NCBI GenBank assembly: GCA_964573015.1
Contig: CAZNHZ010000002.1
Span: 66,144-130,143, forward strand
Direction of reading: 5' to 3'
DNA: 64,000 nucleotides
From: an uncultured Candidatus Saccharibacteria bacterium
GTDB lineage: Bacteria; Patescibacteriota; Saccharimonadia; Saccharimonadales; Saccharimonadaceae
The position numbers were made by a program, and so were the translations under genes. This document shows, in pieces, positions 9,652 to 19,407 of this stretch; the first letter of the stretch is position 1, and each line of letters opens with the position of its first letter. Under the pieces are notes generated by a model. It saw only the letters and a program-made list of their open reading frames with translations, did not search any database and was not told where the DNA came from.

Positions 9652-10700
9652 AACAGATGTGTATAGCTTTTCATATGCCTTATCCAACAACTATCTATGC
9701 CAATAGGACTATTTATAACGGATTTAAAAATGCGTTTGAATCGTTAGGCTGTACCTTTATAACTTATACACCAGACGATGAGCTTGAATTTTTCTTAGAT
9801 CAAAACCAACCAGACATGTTCATCACCGCCTCACACTTCTTTTTTCGTAAGCAACTTGACTACCAGATTTTGAAAAAATATCGTCAAAAAGGGATGTTGC
9901 TACTGACAAAGATCGATTTCTGGGACTCACCACTCGGAAAGCTAAGGGTTAATGAGGCGCCTAGTATGAAGGATGATACAACAGCCAAAGATCTCATAAC
10001 CAAAGGCCTTTTAGGAGACATTTACTACAGTACGGCAACGGAAGCAGATGGTCGAATGAAAGGCTTTCGAGAGTTTGCTAAGCAAGGTTTTATCACGGTA
10101 CCACTTGCCGCCGATCATCTAACCCTGAAACCACATTACCAGGAAAGGTTTGCTGGCGACATACTGTACTTAGGGACGAACCTACCCCAGAAAAGAAAGT
10201 TTTTTAAAGAGTGGGTGCTCCCTCTCAAAAAGGAATACGATGTCCGACTATATGGACAAGATTGGACATCTTATGATCGAATGGTCGGTAGGGCAGCTAA
10301 AGCTGGACAGTTTTTTAATATTCCTGGTCTACGTTCAATTCAGAAACCAAAATTTGACCTTAATGACGAAGCGGATATGTATGCGAGCGCAAAGATACTA
10401 ATAAATATACATGAGGACTATCAACGGCATTATGGCGGTGATTGTAATGAGAGAACGTATAAAATACCATACTGTGGCGGTTTTCAAATCGTGGATGACG
10501 TTGCGGTCATAAGGGAGTACTTCAAAGACAGCGAGGAAATTGTCATAGCTAAAGACAAAGATGATTGGTTCGACAAGGTTTCATATTACTACACGCACGA
10601 GAAAGAGGCGCAAGCGATTGCAGAAGCAGGCAGAAAACGTGTATTGCGCGATCACACTTATGTCAATCGCGCCAAACAAATACTAGATTTACTGGACTAA
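9648..10700 (+). CDS. CgeB-like glycosyltransferase-family protein (DUF3880 / Glyco_trans_1_2-like)
   Basis: 350 aa. The C-terminal segment NERTYKIPYCGGFQIVDD...AEAGRKRVLRDHTYVNRAKQILDLL resembles the CgeB family. It overlaps the upstream GT2 gene by 4 nt. Confidence 0.55.
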   Translation: MKQMCIAFHMPYPTTIYANRTIYNGFKNAFESLGCTFITYTPDDELEFFLDQNQPDMFITASHFFFRKQLDYQILKKYRQKGMLLLTKIDFWDSPLGKLRVNEAPSMKDDTTAKDLITKGLLGDIYYSTATEADGRMKGFREFAKQGFITVPLAADHLTLKPHYQERFAGDILYLGTNLPQKRKFFKEWVLPLKKEYDVRLYGQDWTSYDRMVGRAAKAGQFFNIPGLRSIQKPKFDLNDEADMYASAKILINIHEDYQRHYGGDCNERTYKIPYCGGFQIVDDVAVIREYFKDSEEIVIAKDKDDWFDKVSYYYTHEKEAQAIAEAGRKRVLRDHTYVNRAKQILDLLD

Positions 10701-11638
10701 TACTTTTTTTTGATCACATACAGTGGGCGGTTTTGAGTTTCTGAATATATCCGCGCGACATAGAGGGCTAATAATCCTTGTCCGACCAACAATATTCCGA
10801 CAAGAAAGAGGATCATGAGCCCTAAGAACGCCGTACCAGTTATATTAAGAGAAAGCGGGTCTTGAAGAAGATATTTCTCGATAACAACGAATACACTTGC
10901 AATAAAACTACTGAGAACTATAAAAATCCCAATATACCCTGAAAAATACAAGGGGAAGAAACTTAATGAAACAAATCCGTTCATTGCGAGCTGAACAAGT
11001 TTCCTAAAAGAGTAGCTTGCCTGCCCATGTTCTCTGGCTTTTGCATTGAATTCGATTATTTTCCTGTCAAAACCTAACCAGTCAATTAACGATCGAGTAA
11101 TCCGAGAGTGCTCTGTCAGTTTTGTGAACTCGTCGGCAACCCGGCGACTGATGATTCGAAAATCAGTTGATCCCGGGATTGCATCCACCACTCCAAAATA
11201 CCTTAAAGATTTATAGAATAATTTAGAGCCAAGTTTTTTAATTATACCTTCTTTTTGATTAGATCCCCTTACTCCAATAACTACGTCTGATCCCTGTTGT
11301 AACTCGTTGATAAATTTAGGTATAAGCTCGACTGGGTGTTGACCGTCTGCATCAAGTATCATTATTGCCTCTCCCTTAGAGGCGTGAATACCAGCGCTAG
11401 TAGCCATTTCTTTGCCGAAATTTTTCGAAAACTCAATAACAACAACATCTTCGTTGGTTGAGGCGATTTCACACAGATGTTTAACAGAATCATCCCTGCT
11501 TCCGTCGTCCACGTAAATAATCTCGTGACGATATTTTAGCGAGCTAAGGACTTCCATGAGGCTTTTATGGAAAAATAGAATTCCTTCTGCCTCGTTATAA
11601 ACCGGAACAACGACTGATAATGACTTAATCTTTTCCAT
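10697..11638 (-). CDS. Polyprenyl-phosphate glycosyltransferase, GT2 (GtrB/CsbB/ArnC-like)
   Basis: 313 aa. LSVVVPVYNEAEGI and LDADGQHP (DxD), plus two C-terminal TM helices as in GtrB-type enzymes. Confidence 0.85.
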   Translation of the reverse strand: MEKIKSLSVVVPVYNEAEGILFFHKSLMEVLSSLKYRHEIIYVDDGSRDDSVKHLCEIASTNEDVVVIEFSKNFGKEMATSAGIHASKGEAIMILDADGQHPVELIPKFINELQQGSDVVIGVRGSNQKEGIIKKLGSKLFYKSLRYFGVVDAIPGSTDFRIISRRVADEFTKLTEHSRITRSLIDWLGFDRKIIEFNAKAREHGQASYSFRKLVQLAMNGFVSLSFFPLYFSGYIGIFIVLSSFIASVFVVIEKYLLQDPLSLNITGTAFLGLMILFLVGILLVGQGLLALYVARIYSETQNRPLYVIKKKY

Positions 11639-12908
11639 GAGACTCCTTTAGTGAGATGAATATATATTGTACGCTCAGCACAAATAATGCAATACAGTAT
11701 ATAACTGTAAGAGACGTAATAAACGATTGAACGGTCGCATTATTTCTCGATACGGCTATTAACAGGGTGAATATTAAGATGCAGAAAAAAACCGTTCGTC
11801 GTGGAATATGGAGTGCAAGTACTTGGAGTAGAAGTACAGTCAATGATACAAATGTCATATACAATCCAAAACGCCATAACTGGGTACTTATTTCCAAGTA
11901 CGGTGAGCCATAGAGATCGAGCAGTACGGAAGGCATAAATATGAATATGAGCATCACTCCAATACCTATAGTAATTGACATTAAGATAATTTTTAAGAGT
12001 AGCCGCCAGGCGCTTTGCGGTTTACCGGGCGTCACATGGGAGATGAGAATATTTATCATTGGTAGTATGGTAAATATTATTATCGTGCCAAGGGTTGAAG
12101 CAGCTGAGTAAAGGCCACTTGTATGACCATCAAATATACCGCGAGCAAGAACTATATCTAATGAGACAAAAATGGTGAGAAAAGCACTAACTACTACCAA
12201 AGATAGAATGTTTGGGAGGTAGGGGCGAATAGCGTTTACTTCATCAAATCGGAGTATAATCCGACTTAACATTGATCTCAATTCATCCAGGCTGAAAGCT
12301 AACTTTGAACTATATGCGCCCAATAGAGTCATTGCAATTAATTGACTGAACGCAATAGATATCAATGCACCGTTGATGCCCCATTTAGCGGTGAGAACGA
12401 CACCAATAATTAGTTTCAGGATTACACTTGCAAGCTGAAAAAGTGCGGCAAGTAACAATTGACGCTTACCGATTAAATAGCCAAAGATAATGATAAATGG
12501 AAGAGAGATGAGCAAATCAACCAAGACTATATAAACACCTGCGACGCTATCGATTCGCATGTAGGAACGTATAGGCTCTTGAAAAGCAAGTATAACTAAA
12601 GCAATTAAAATAATAAGGAGCGAAAGAATTTTTTGTAATGTGAAGAGAAGTCGATTAGCAAGTTCTGTTTTGATTTTAACAAGATAAATTGCTACTACTG
12701 CTAAACCAGCAAATAACGCCCCGGACTGTGAGAGCAAAGTTAATAGGGCTTGTGAGGCACCAAAATCATCTGTGCTGAGTCGCCTAGCAATCATAGGGTA
12801 GAATGCATAGTTCAGTGCACCGCTACATAGTGATAAAAATACGAATATCCCGTTTTCCCAGTACTTGGCCAGTTGGGGTTGTTGTGTGAAGTGTTTCTGC
12901 GTTTTCAT
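11625..12908 (-). CDS. Polysaccharide/lipid-linked sugar flippase (MOP/Wzx-like)
   Basis: 427 aa with about 12 TM segments. It overlaps the GtrB-like gene by 14 nt. Confidence 0.65.
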   Translation of the reverse strand: MKTQKHFTQQPQLAKYWENGIFVFLSLCSGALNYAFYPMIARRLSTDDFGASQALLTLLSQSGALFAGLAVVAIYLVKIKTELANRLLFTLQKILSLLIILIALVILAFQEPIRSYMRIDSVAGVYIVLVDLLISLPFIIIFGYLIGKRQLLLAALFQLASVILKLIIGVVLTAKWGINGALISIAFSQLIAMTLLGAYSSKLAFSLDELRSMLSRIILRFDEVNAIRPYLPNILSLVVVSAFLTIFVSLDIVLARGIFDGHTSGLYSAASTLGTIIIFTILPMINILISHVTPGKPQSAWRLLLKIILMSITIGIGVMLIFIFMPSVLLDLYGSPYLEISTQLWRFGLYMTFVSLTVLLLQVLALHIPRRTVFFCILIFTLLIAVSRNNATVQSFITSLTVIYCIALFVLSVQYIFISLKESHGKD

Positions 12909-12940
12909 ACGTCAATTACTAGTATACAATAGGAGCATAT

Positions 12941-15076
12941 ATGGGTTTATCATGGGGTATTTTACGACCCAAAAGTAAAAAAAATGAATGGCTCTTCGCC
13001 TTTGTATTGTTTACAATAGTTAGCTTTTTATATATGGGTGGGGTTACGCCGTTCAATTGCACAACGACATTTGTAGGTTTACCCGGTGACAGCAGTGGTG
13101 GTCTAGCATGGTTTCAGTGGGCCGACGGGAATGATCCCGTTTGGGATTATAGCCATGCCAGCAATTTTCCAGATGGAGAATCGTTACGACGGCCTCAGTT
13201 CATAACATCATATGCCCAGTTTGGTGTATATTGGCTCTTTTCCATACTTACCAACCAGATATGTGGATTGAACCTGATGGTTTTACTGGGCTATCTTACA
13301 GGGTCTCTTGTGATGTTCGGTTTTTTGCGATGGCTCAAAATGCCGTTCCATATCGCACTGTTTGGCGCTTTCGCTGCGACATTCGTACCCTATACGGTAA
13401 TTAAAGCTGGTGGACATATACCTTATATGTTTAACGCGATATTTACGGGTATTATCTGGGCATACTTTGCCTATATTCGTTCGAATCACTATAAACCACT
13501 ACTTATAATGGCATGTATTGCAGTTTACAGTATGTACTTTGATGGTTACTACATTCTTATTACTGGAGCGCTACTGGCCGTTTTATTTTTACTGACGATA
13601 TTGCAATTTTTCGTAGGTGTGTCGTTGACCGAAAAGAAGTTATGGATAAAACAAAATTCATTTCGAAATTTCATGCGGGTGCATGCGAAAAATATCACTC
13701 TCGTATGCATCCTATGTCTATTATTAATAACACCACTAGCCTATATTTATAAAGAACAAGGAACCGAGATACAAGGAACACTTAATAGTGTTCGAGCACC
13801 TATTCAAGTCGAAGCGCAGCTTTATGGCACAAGATTGGGTGATTTTCTCTATCCTAGTGCATACCATCCACTTGCCTCATTCGAGTATAAGGAATGGCGT
13901 TCAAAACATATTCATGGAGCAAATTTGGGTGAAAACACTCTTTATATCGGATATGTAATCATCGCCCTAGCGGTTTATGCAGTAATTTTCGCTATCCGAC
14001 ATCGTAAGAGAAAAATTATTACACATGAGAGTCGATATGTTATTCTTGCGTGCATTGCTATTATCCTTGTCTTGGGGTCCCTAAGCCTGCCGCCAGTGGT
14101 TAATGTATTTGGTATCAATCTCTCATCTCCTTCGGAGATTCTGATAAGTATGACGGCAAAATGGCGTGTATTATCAAGGTTTTTTATTGTTATCCATCTT
14201 GCTTGGGTGGTGCTCGCGGTGTATGGGCTTCGTTTTCTCTTAGAAATGAGGAATCGACGGCTCGGTATGGCTCTGACGATCCTAGCCTTTGTTGCACTAT
14301 TCATTGAATTTGCACCTCCTTTCAAAGATGCATCCTGGAGTCTAGTTAATGACAGTCCGGAAGTCTATAACAAAGTACACAATGACATATCTGTTGACCT
14401 TGTTGCTGAGTATCCTGTGACGGATCATCCTTCAGAAACTCTGCCTTTTACCTTCACTTTTCAACAGATTTCAAATAAACCTATTCTTAATGCCAATGAT
14501 GCTCTTACTACGGGACATTTTCTACGTCAAAGCATTGCAGGAATTAATGATAAACAAACCATACCCGTTCTTAGAGGTTTGGGAGTAGACGTAATTATCG
14601 TATATAAGGTACCTGTTGATAATCCTAGTCTTAGCGTCTATCAACCACCAGATCGAAAACTTGATTTGTTAATAGGAAGGCTGTATGCGTACAAAATAAA
14701 TCCCGGTGAATCGGCTAACGAGGCGGCGGTATTTAGAGAAGGCTTTATACTTGATATAAACAAAGATAATAACAGAAGCAGTATGCTATTGAGTAATAAG
14801 GGTGTATTCACGATTGATGCTGTCAGGAAAAAAAGCTCTGAACCAATAAATGATGACTCAGTAAGTACGTTAGATTTTAAATTAGGTGCTTATACGCAAG
14901 GTGAGATCCATAGAGTCAGGATGTTCCAGAACGATCAGGCTATATTTGATAGCATGATTGGTAGTGAGGCTAACTATAGCTTAGAAGTTAAAGATAATAG
15001 TCCAATCCAAGTCAGGATAGACGGGAGTAACGTGAACCCTGTTATACGCATATCCGACGCAATCGTGAGGAGATAA
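12941..15076 (+). CDS. Large polytopic membrane protein, candidate GT-C fold glycosyltransferase (YfhO/PMT-like)
   Basis: 711 aa. The N-terminal ~460 aa are multi-TM, with an acidic first loop (GLPGDSSGGLAWFQWADGNDPVWDY). The C-terminal ~250 aa are a soluble domain. It sits next to the GtrB-like gene and the flippase. Confidence 0.45.
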   Translation: MGLSWGILRPKSKKNEWLFAFVLFTIVSFLYMGGVTPFNCTTTFVGLPGDSSGGLAWFQWADGNDPVWDYSHASNFPDGESLRRPQFITSYAQFGVYWLFSILTNQICGLNLMVLLGYLTGSLVMFGFLRWLKMPFHIALFGAFAATFVPYTVIKAGGHIPYMFNAIFTGIIWAYFAYIRSNHYKPLLIMACIAVYSMYFDGYYILITGALLAVLFLLTILQFFVGVSLTEKKLWIKQNSFRNFMRVHAKNITLVCILCLLLITPLAYIYKEQGTEIQGTLNSVRAPIQVEAQLYGTRLGDFLYPSAYHPLASFEYKEWRSKHIHGANLGENTLYIGYVIIALAVYAVIFAIRHRKRKIITHESRYVILACIAIILVLGSLSLPPVVNVFGINLSSPSEILISMTAKWRVLSRFFIVIHLAWVVLAVYGLRFLLEMRNRRLGMALTILAFVALFIEFAPPFKDASWSLVNDSPEVYNKVHNDISVDLVAEYPVTDHPSETLPFTFTFQQISNKPILNANDALTTGHFLRQSIAGINDKQTIPVLRGLGVDVIIVYKVPVDNPSLSVYQPPDRKLDLLIGRLYAYKINPGESANEAAVFREGFILDINKDNNRSSMLLSNKGVFTIDAVRKKSSEPINDDSVSTLDFKLGAYTQGEIHRVRMFQNDQAIFDSMIGSEANYSLEVKDNSPIQVRIDGSNVNPVIRISDAIVRR

Positions 15077-15087
15077 TAATTCATAAT

Positions 15088-16407
15088 ATGGTTAGGTCTA
15101 CACAATCAAAGGAAAACATATGGCTAGACGTAACCGATTTATTAGTTTGGAGAGGTAATTTTACTGGAATCCAACGAGTTATTTATGAATATGCCCTCCG
15201 TTTCAGCCGAGAGGGCGCGCATTTATTCGCATATGATAATGTAGATAACAGGTTATTCGAACTGACTCTTGATGATTTAAATTTTGATATAGAATTTAAG
15301 AGAGGTGGCGTTGTTAGGCCTCTTCGGCTTCGCAGAAAGATTCGGCATATAATAGGTAAACCGTACTATAAACTCTCCGATGAAAAAAGGGCATTTCTCG
15401 CTCCTTACGTACATGCAGCTAACCATACGGTCAGATCGACCCTGCATGCACTAAAAAGACATGATAACGAAGAAAAAGACCACTCGCCTTATGAAGACTT
15501 CGCTCCTGCTTCGTTCCAGCAATATGACACGGCGGTGTTGATAGGAGCAAGCTGGAATGAACCTGGTGCACTCAGGCTACTTTCCGAGCAAAAGCAATAT
15601 AGTAATATTAGAATCGTCCAGCACATCAATGATTTATTACCAATTTATCAACCGCAACTGTTTGCTGAAGAGCTTATCCTTTCCTTTAGTAAATACATGG
15701 AGTTGACGGTACTGCACGTAGATATCTTTACGGTTATTTCTGATGCGACGAGACGAGATCTAGTTGCCTATTTCAAACAAAACACTATTAAGAAACCACG
15801 AGTAGAGGTTGTTAGGCTTGGTGATAATCCAGCTGGAAACGAAACTGCAAAGAAGCCCAAAGAATTAGTCGCGGATAAATATATTTTAGCAGTAGGGACA
15901 TTTGAGGTAAGGAAAAACTATATCCTACTATATCAGGCTGCAAAATTGGCTCAAATAGAAAAAAAAGAAATCCCTCAAATAGTCATCGCTGGTCGGCAGG
16001 GATGGTTGAGTAGTGATTTACAACACCTTATAAAACATGACCCGTATACGCATGAAAGTATTCTCTGGTTGGAGAACATGACAGATGGCGAAATAAAGTG
16101 GCTTTATGAACATTGTTTGTTTACAGTGTTTCCGTCTATTGCGGAAGGCTGGGGGTTGCCGATCGCGGAATCATTACAACATGGAAAGTTTTGTTTGACA
16201 TCCGGGACATCTTCGATGCTAGAAATCGGCAAGGGGCTTGTCGATTATTTTCTGCCATACGATGCACGAGAGCTTGTGGAAAAGATTCACTACTACATGG
16301 CAGAGGAGCGTTACAGGTTTATGAATGAGAAAGCCAAGTCGGATTACAAAGTATTTACTTGGAATGAATCTTACGAGCAGTATTTAAATGCTCTGCAATC
16401 TAAGTAA
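15088..16407 (+). CDS. Glycosyltransferase family 4 (GT-B)
   Basis: 439 aa. FTVFPSIAEGWGLPIAESL matches the EX7E motif. Confidence 0.8.
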   Translation: MVRSTQSKENIWLDVTDLLVWRGNFTGIQRVIYEYALRFSREGAHLFAYDNVDNRLFELTLDDLNFDIEFKRGGVVRPLRLRRKIRHIIGKPYYKLSDEKRAFLAPYVHAANHTVRSTLHALKRHDNEEKDHSPYEDFAPASFQQYDTAVLIGASWNEPGALRLLSEQKQYSNIRIVQHINDLLPIYQPQLFAEELILSFSKYMELTVLHVDIFTVISDATRRDLVAYFKQNTIKKPRVEVVRLGDNPAGNETAKKPKELVADKYILAVGTFEVRKNYILLYQAAKLAQIEKKEIPQIVIAGRQGWLSSDLQHLIKHDPYTHESILWLENMTDGEIKWLYEHCLFTVFPSIAEGWGLPIAESLQHGKFCLTSGTSSMLEIGKGLVDYFLPYDARELVEKIHYYMAEERYRFMNEKAKSDYKVFTWNESYEQYLNALQSK

Positions 16408-16412
16408 GTTAC

Positions 16413-18464
16413 TTAGCGAACATTGATGGCGAAATTCAGGCCAAGATTATCCATCCATGATATGCCTTCAGCAACTGGGTTGAAGTACTCTAAGCTCTTG
16501 CCGGGAGTATTAGGGGCTTTGAGCCAGAATTCAAACGTTCCAATTTGACCGGGTGCTACTTGGCTTTCAATAAGCCTAGTTGGACGACTACAACCATACC
16601 ACTCAGTTGAGCAGAAACGACTGGATCTGTCGTAAGGATTTGATGTCCCTAAGCTAACAGGGTAATCCCCACTATTGCTCCACACTGTGTTTCCATCATT
16701 CTTGATCCTCATTCCTACTAGGATCTTTTGATCAGGCATCATATTATCGAGTCCGACAGGATTGGTCTTGGCGGCATCCGAGAATGCGTATTGTGAAACA
16801 ATCGACCATTTATACTCGGGCTTAATGACTGATATAGCATAATTTAAGCCGATATCTTGCAGCCAAAGTTTATTCTCTATTAACGGGCTAAAGTACTCCC
16901 TGGACAATCCTGGTCTATTTGCAGGTGCTTTTACCCAGAATTCGAAAGTAGCATACTGACCAGGTAACACTGCAGCTTCCTGCATACTAGCCGGGCGGGA
17001 TGGTCCTAGCCATCCTGTATCCATGAAGGCGCTATGACGTTCAAATGGATGGGTTATGCCCAGTCTAAGAGGGTGATTGCCGCTGTTTTTCCACGTTACG
17101 TTACCAGTATTTTGTATTCGTAATCCTAAATAACGCCGGTCGCCAGGCTGGAGGTTATCCAATCCCGTGAGAACTTCCTTAGTATTATCGGTATAGGCAT
17201 ATTGGGAGACGAGCCGCCACGAATAATTAGCAGGTTGGACGGTAATGCCAAAGTAAAGCCCTATATCCGGCATCCAGGTTTTACCTTCGGCAAGAGGTGC
17301 GAAGTACTCAGTGAAATTAGTTAAGTTACCCTCAGGCGCTTTTATCCAAAATTCGAAAGTCCCGATTTGTCCAGGCGCGACAGACGCCTCCTGTAAAGTA
17401 GCTGCCCTGCTAAACCCTAACCAAGTCGCGTCGTAGAATGCACTTGACCTATCATATGAGCGAGATGTACCAAGTCGAACTGGATTTTGCCCACTATTAC
17501 TCCACGTCGCGGTACCGGTATTACGTATTTTTACACCTAAATAGATGCGTTGATTGGGTGACAAGTCATTTAATCCCACAGGCATGGTTTTCGATGAATC
17601 AGTAAAAGCGTATTGCGTCACAACATCCCATGAATATGATGCGGTTAACGGAGATCCAAACCATATCTCAAAGAAATAAACGAAGTTATAGCTGCCGCTA
17701 TAGTAGCGCCCGACAGTACCGAATGGCTCGCGTCCGTACAAGCCTTGTGGATTGTTGTATGCATGAGGAGTGTAGCAATACATTGATGAGGTAGCCGCAT
17801 TCGCCAGGTAATATGTACGGTACGCAACACCGTCTTGATCAATAAATGTTACGTTTTGATTTGGATAGAGACTTGGTGTGTAGAATTTTCGGTCTCGTCC
17901 GTCACAGACCCAACCTGATGATGGCTTCCACCAGTTATAGTTTCCGCTGGCCCTCTCATAATTATAGCGGAGAGTCCAAGTACCCATGTCAACCTGTTCG
18001 AAAAATCCAGCCGTCGTACATGTGCCCGTCGTCGGACAACCGTACCCCATGGCGTAATTAAGATCGATACTATCTGGATATGGGTTGGTAATTAGGCTTT
18101 GCTCTTTTTGCAGAGTTGCGAGTATTACCTGAGGATTAATTCCGTATATTTGAGCAGCATAATAGATGATTGCTGAGGCTCGGACCACTTGCCCGCAAGG
18201 TGCGCCGATGGCCCTGTACCATTGCTCGGTTTGATAATCATAGGCGCAGTTGAACAGAAAAGTCTTTGAAGTGAGACCGCTGTTCTTTGAAGCGAGAAAG
18301 CTTTGGATATTATTTTCCGACATAGAGGCGGCATTGAGAAATATTGTGTTATCGACTATTCTCGCGCCATTATAGACGGCACTACTCGGTGTTTGTGCGA
18401 AGACGGTGATACCTAGACTCAAGGAGAGTGCGAGGATGGATTTATAGATAAAGCGACTTTTCAT
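16413..18464 (-). CDS. Secreted protein with an N-terminal putative cell-wall-active domain and three NBR1/Ig-like repeats
   Basis: 683 aa. Signal peptide LALSLSLGITVFAQT. The N-terminal domain contains YGINPQVILATLQKEQSLI. Three ~137-aa repeats follow. Confidence 0.7.
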   Translation of the reverse strand: MKSRFIYKSILALSLSLGITVFAQTPSSAVYNGARIVDNTIFLNAASMSENNIQSFLASKNSGLTSKTFLFNCAYDYQTEQWYRAIGAPCGQVVRASAIIYYAAQIYGINPQVILATLQKEQSLITNPYPDSIDLNYAMGYGCPTTGTCTTAGFFEQVDMGTWTLRYNYERASGNYNWWKPSSGWVCDGRDRKFYTPSLYPNQNVTFIDQDGVAYRTYYLANAATSSMYCYTPHAYNNPQGLYGREPFGTVGRYYSGSYNFVYFFEIWFGSPLTASYSWDVVTQYAFTDSSKTMPVGLNDLSPNQRIYLGVKIRNTGTATWSNSGQNPVRLGTSRSYDRSSAFYDATWLGFSRAATLQEASVAPGQIGTFEFWIKAPEGNLTNFTEYFAPLAEGKTWMPDIGLYFGITVQPANYSWRLVSQYAYTDNTKEVLTGLDNLQPGDRRYLGLRIQNTGNVTWKNSGNHPLRLGITHPFERHSAFMDTGWLGPSRPASMQEAAVLPGQYATFEFWVKAPANRPGLSREYFSPLIENKLWLQDIGLNYAISVIKPEYKWSIVSQYAFSDAAKTNPVGLDNMMPDQKILVGMRIKNDGNTVWSNSGDYPVSLGTSNPYDRSSRFCSTEWYGCSRPTRLIESQVAPGQIGTFEFWLKAPNTPGKSLEYFNPVAEGISWMDNLGLNFAINVR
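16416..17636 (-). repeat. Three tandem ~411-nt coding repeats (aa 277-413, 414-550, 551-683)
   Basis: Each unit starts Y(S/K)W..V(T/S)QYA(F/Y)(T/S)D. Each contains R.YLG..I.NTG..TW.NSG and VAPGQ(I/Y)(G/A)TFEFW.KAP. Confidence 0.85.
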
Positions 18465-18469
18465 ATGCG

Positions 18470-19045
18470 TTACCTAAATCGTATAGGTATCCTTACATGA
18501 TTTGACTCAACCCCGTCTGGAGTCATCGTAAACAGGTCGATTCTTCCGGTCGATGCGGTAGTAGAAAAGTTAAATGTGCCAGCGAACTTGCCATCGACTA
18601 CGTTTATCGAACCGCTGGCTATGACACCCGAGACATTATCGGCGAGTCGAAAGGACACGGTACTTGCTGTCGATTTTCCACTGAGTTGTTGGCCATTCTG
18701 GACTAGGCTGTCTTTTAAGGGAGAGAAGACACTGATCACACCGCTTTCTGAGGTTAGCCATTGGCTTTCTGGCGGAACAGAAGATACAGCACCGTTATTA
18801 TCGCTCATGGTACCTTCATTAGTCGTTGTCTGAATAGGCTGTCTGTCATTGCCACCTGTAAAGTTACTTTGAGCCGAAGGTGCCTGGCTGGTCGTTTGGT
18901 CTGTAGAGTTGCTCAAAGGCGATTTAATGAAGTCGGTTATATGCAATTTTTCTAAAACAAACAGAGCCAGCGCCCCAATGAAAGCAATCAATATGATTGA
19001 TAGAATGATATTTTTTTTCGTATTTTTTCTTTTTAACATATTCAT
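18470..19045 (-). CDS. Membrane-anchored secreted hypothetical protein
   Basis: The ORF track starts at 19132, but a start at MNMLKRKNTKK (ATG at 19045) is preceded by AAGGA and followed by a TM helix (IILSIILIAFIGALALFVL). The C-terminal part is Ser/Thr-rich and beta-rich. Confidence 0.5.
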   Translation of the reverse strand: MNMLKRKNTKKNIILSIILIAFIGALALFVLEKLHITDFIKSPLSNSTDQTTSQAPSAQSNFTGGNDRQPIQTTTNEGTMSDNNGAVSSVPPESQWLTSESGVISVFSPLKDSLVQNGQQLSGKSTASTVSFRLADNVSGVIASGSINVVDGKFAGTFNFSTTASTGRIDLFTMTPDGVESNHVRIPIRFR

Positions 19046-19407
19046 GTCATCCTTTGTATATTCTAGCACAAAAGCAGTTAATAGCAACACGCTTATGTGT
19101 CTGTGTCTATACGGATTAAAAATACAACTCAATGATAAGCAGAGCGAAAAGAATCATAAGAGACTGCTTCGGCTTATCTCCCAACACAAAGCAGATTGAA
19201 ACCTGATTCATAAAAAGGAACGGCCTGTTCGTACGGTCTTTAAGTGTTTTTTATCTGGTTCAATGAGATTTACAGTTTAACCTGATTGTGCAAAAAGAAC
19301 AGCGCTAGTCAATCCGAGATAGCTCACACCAAGCACATCAATAGTAGGGTGGTTGCATAAATTATAGATTATTCGTGAAATGTGTGGCTCCACTATATAA
19401 TAGGTTC

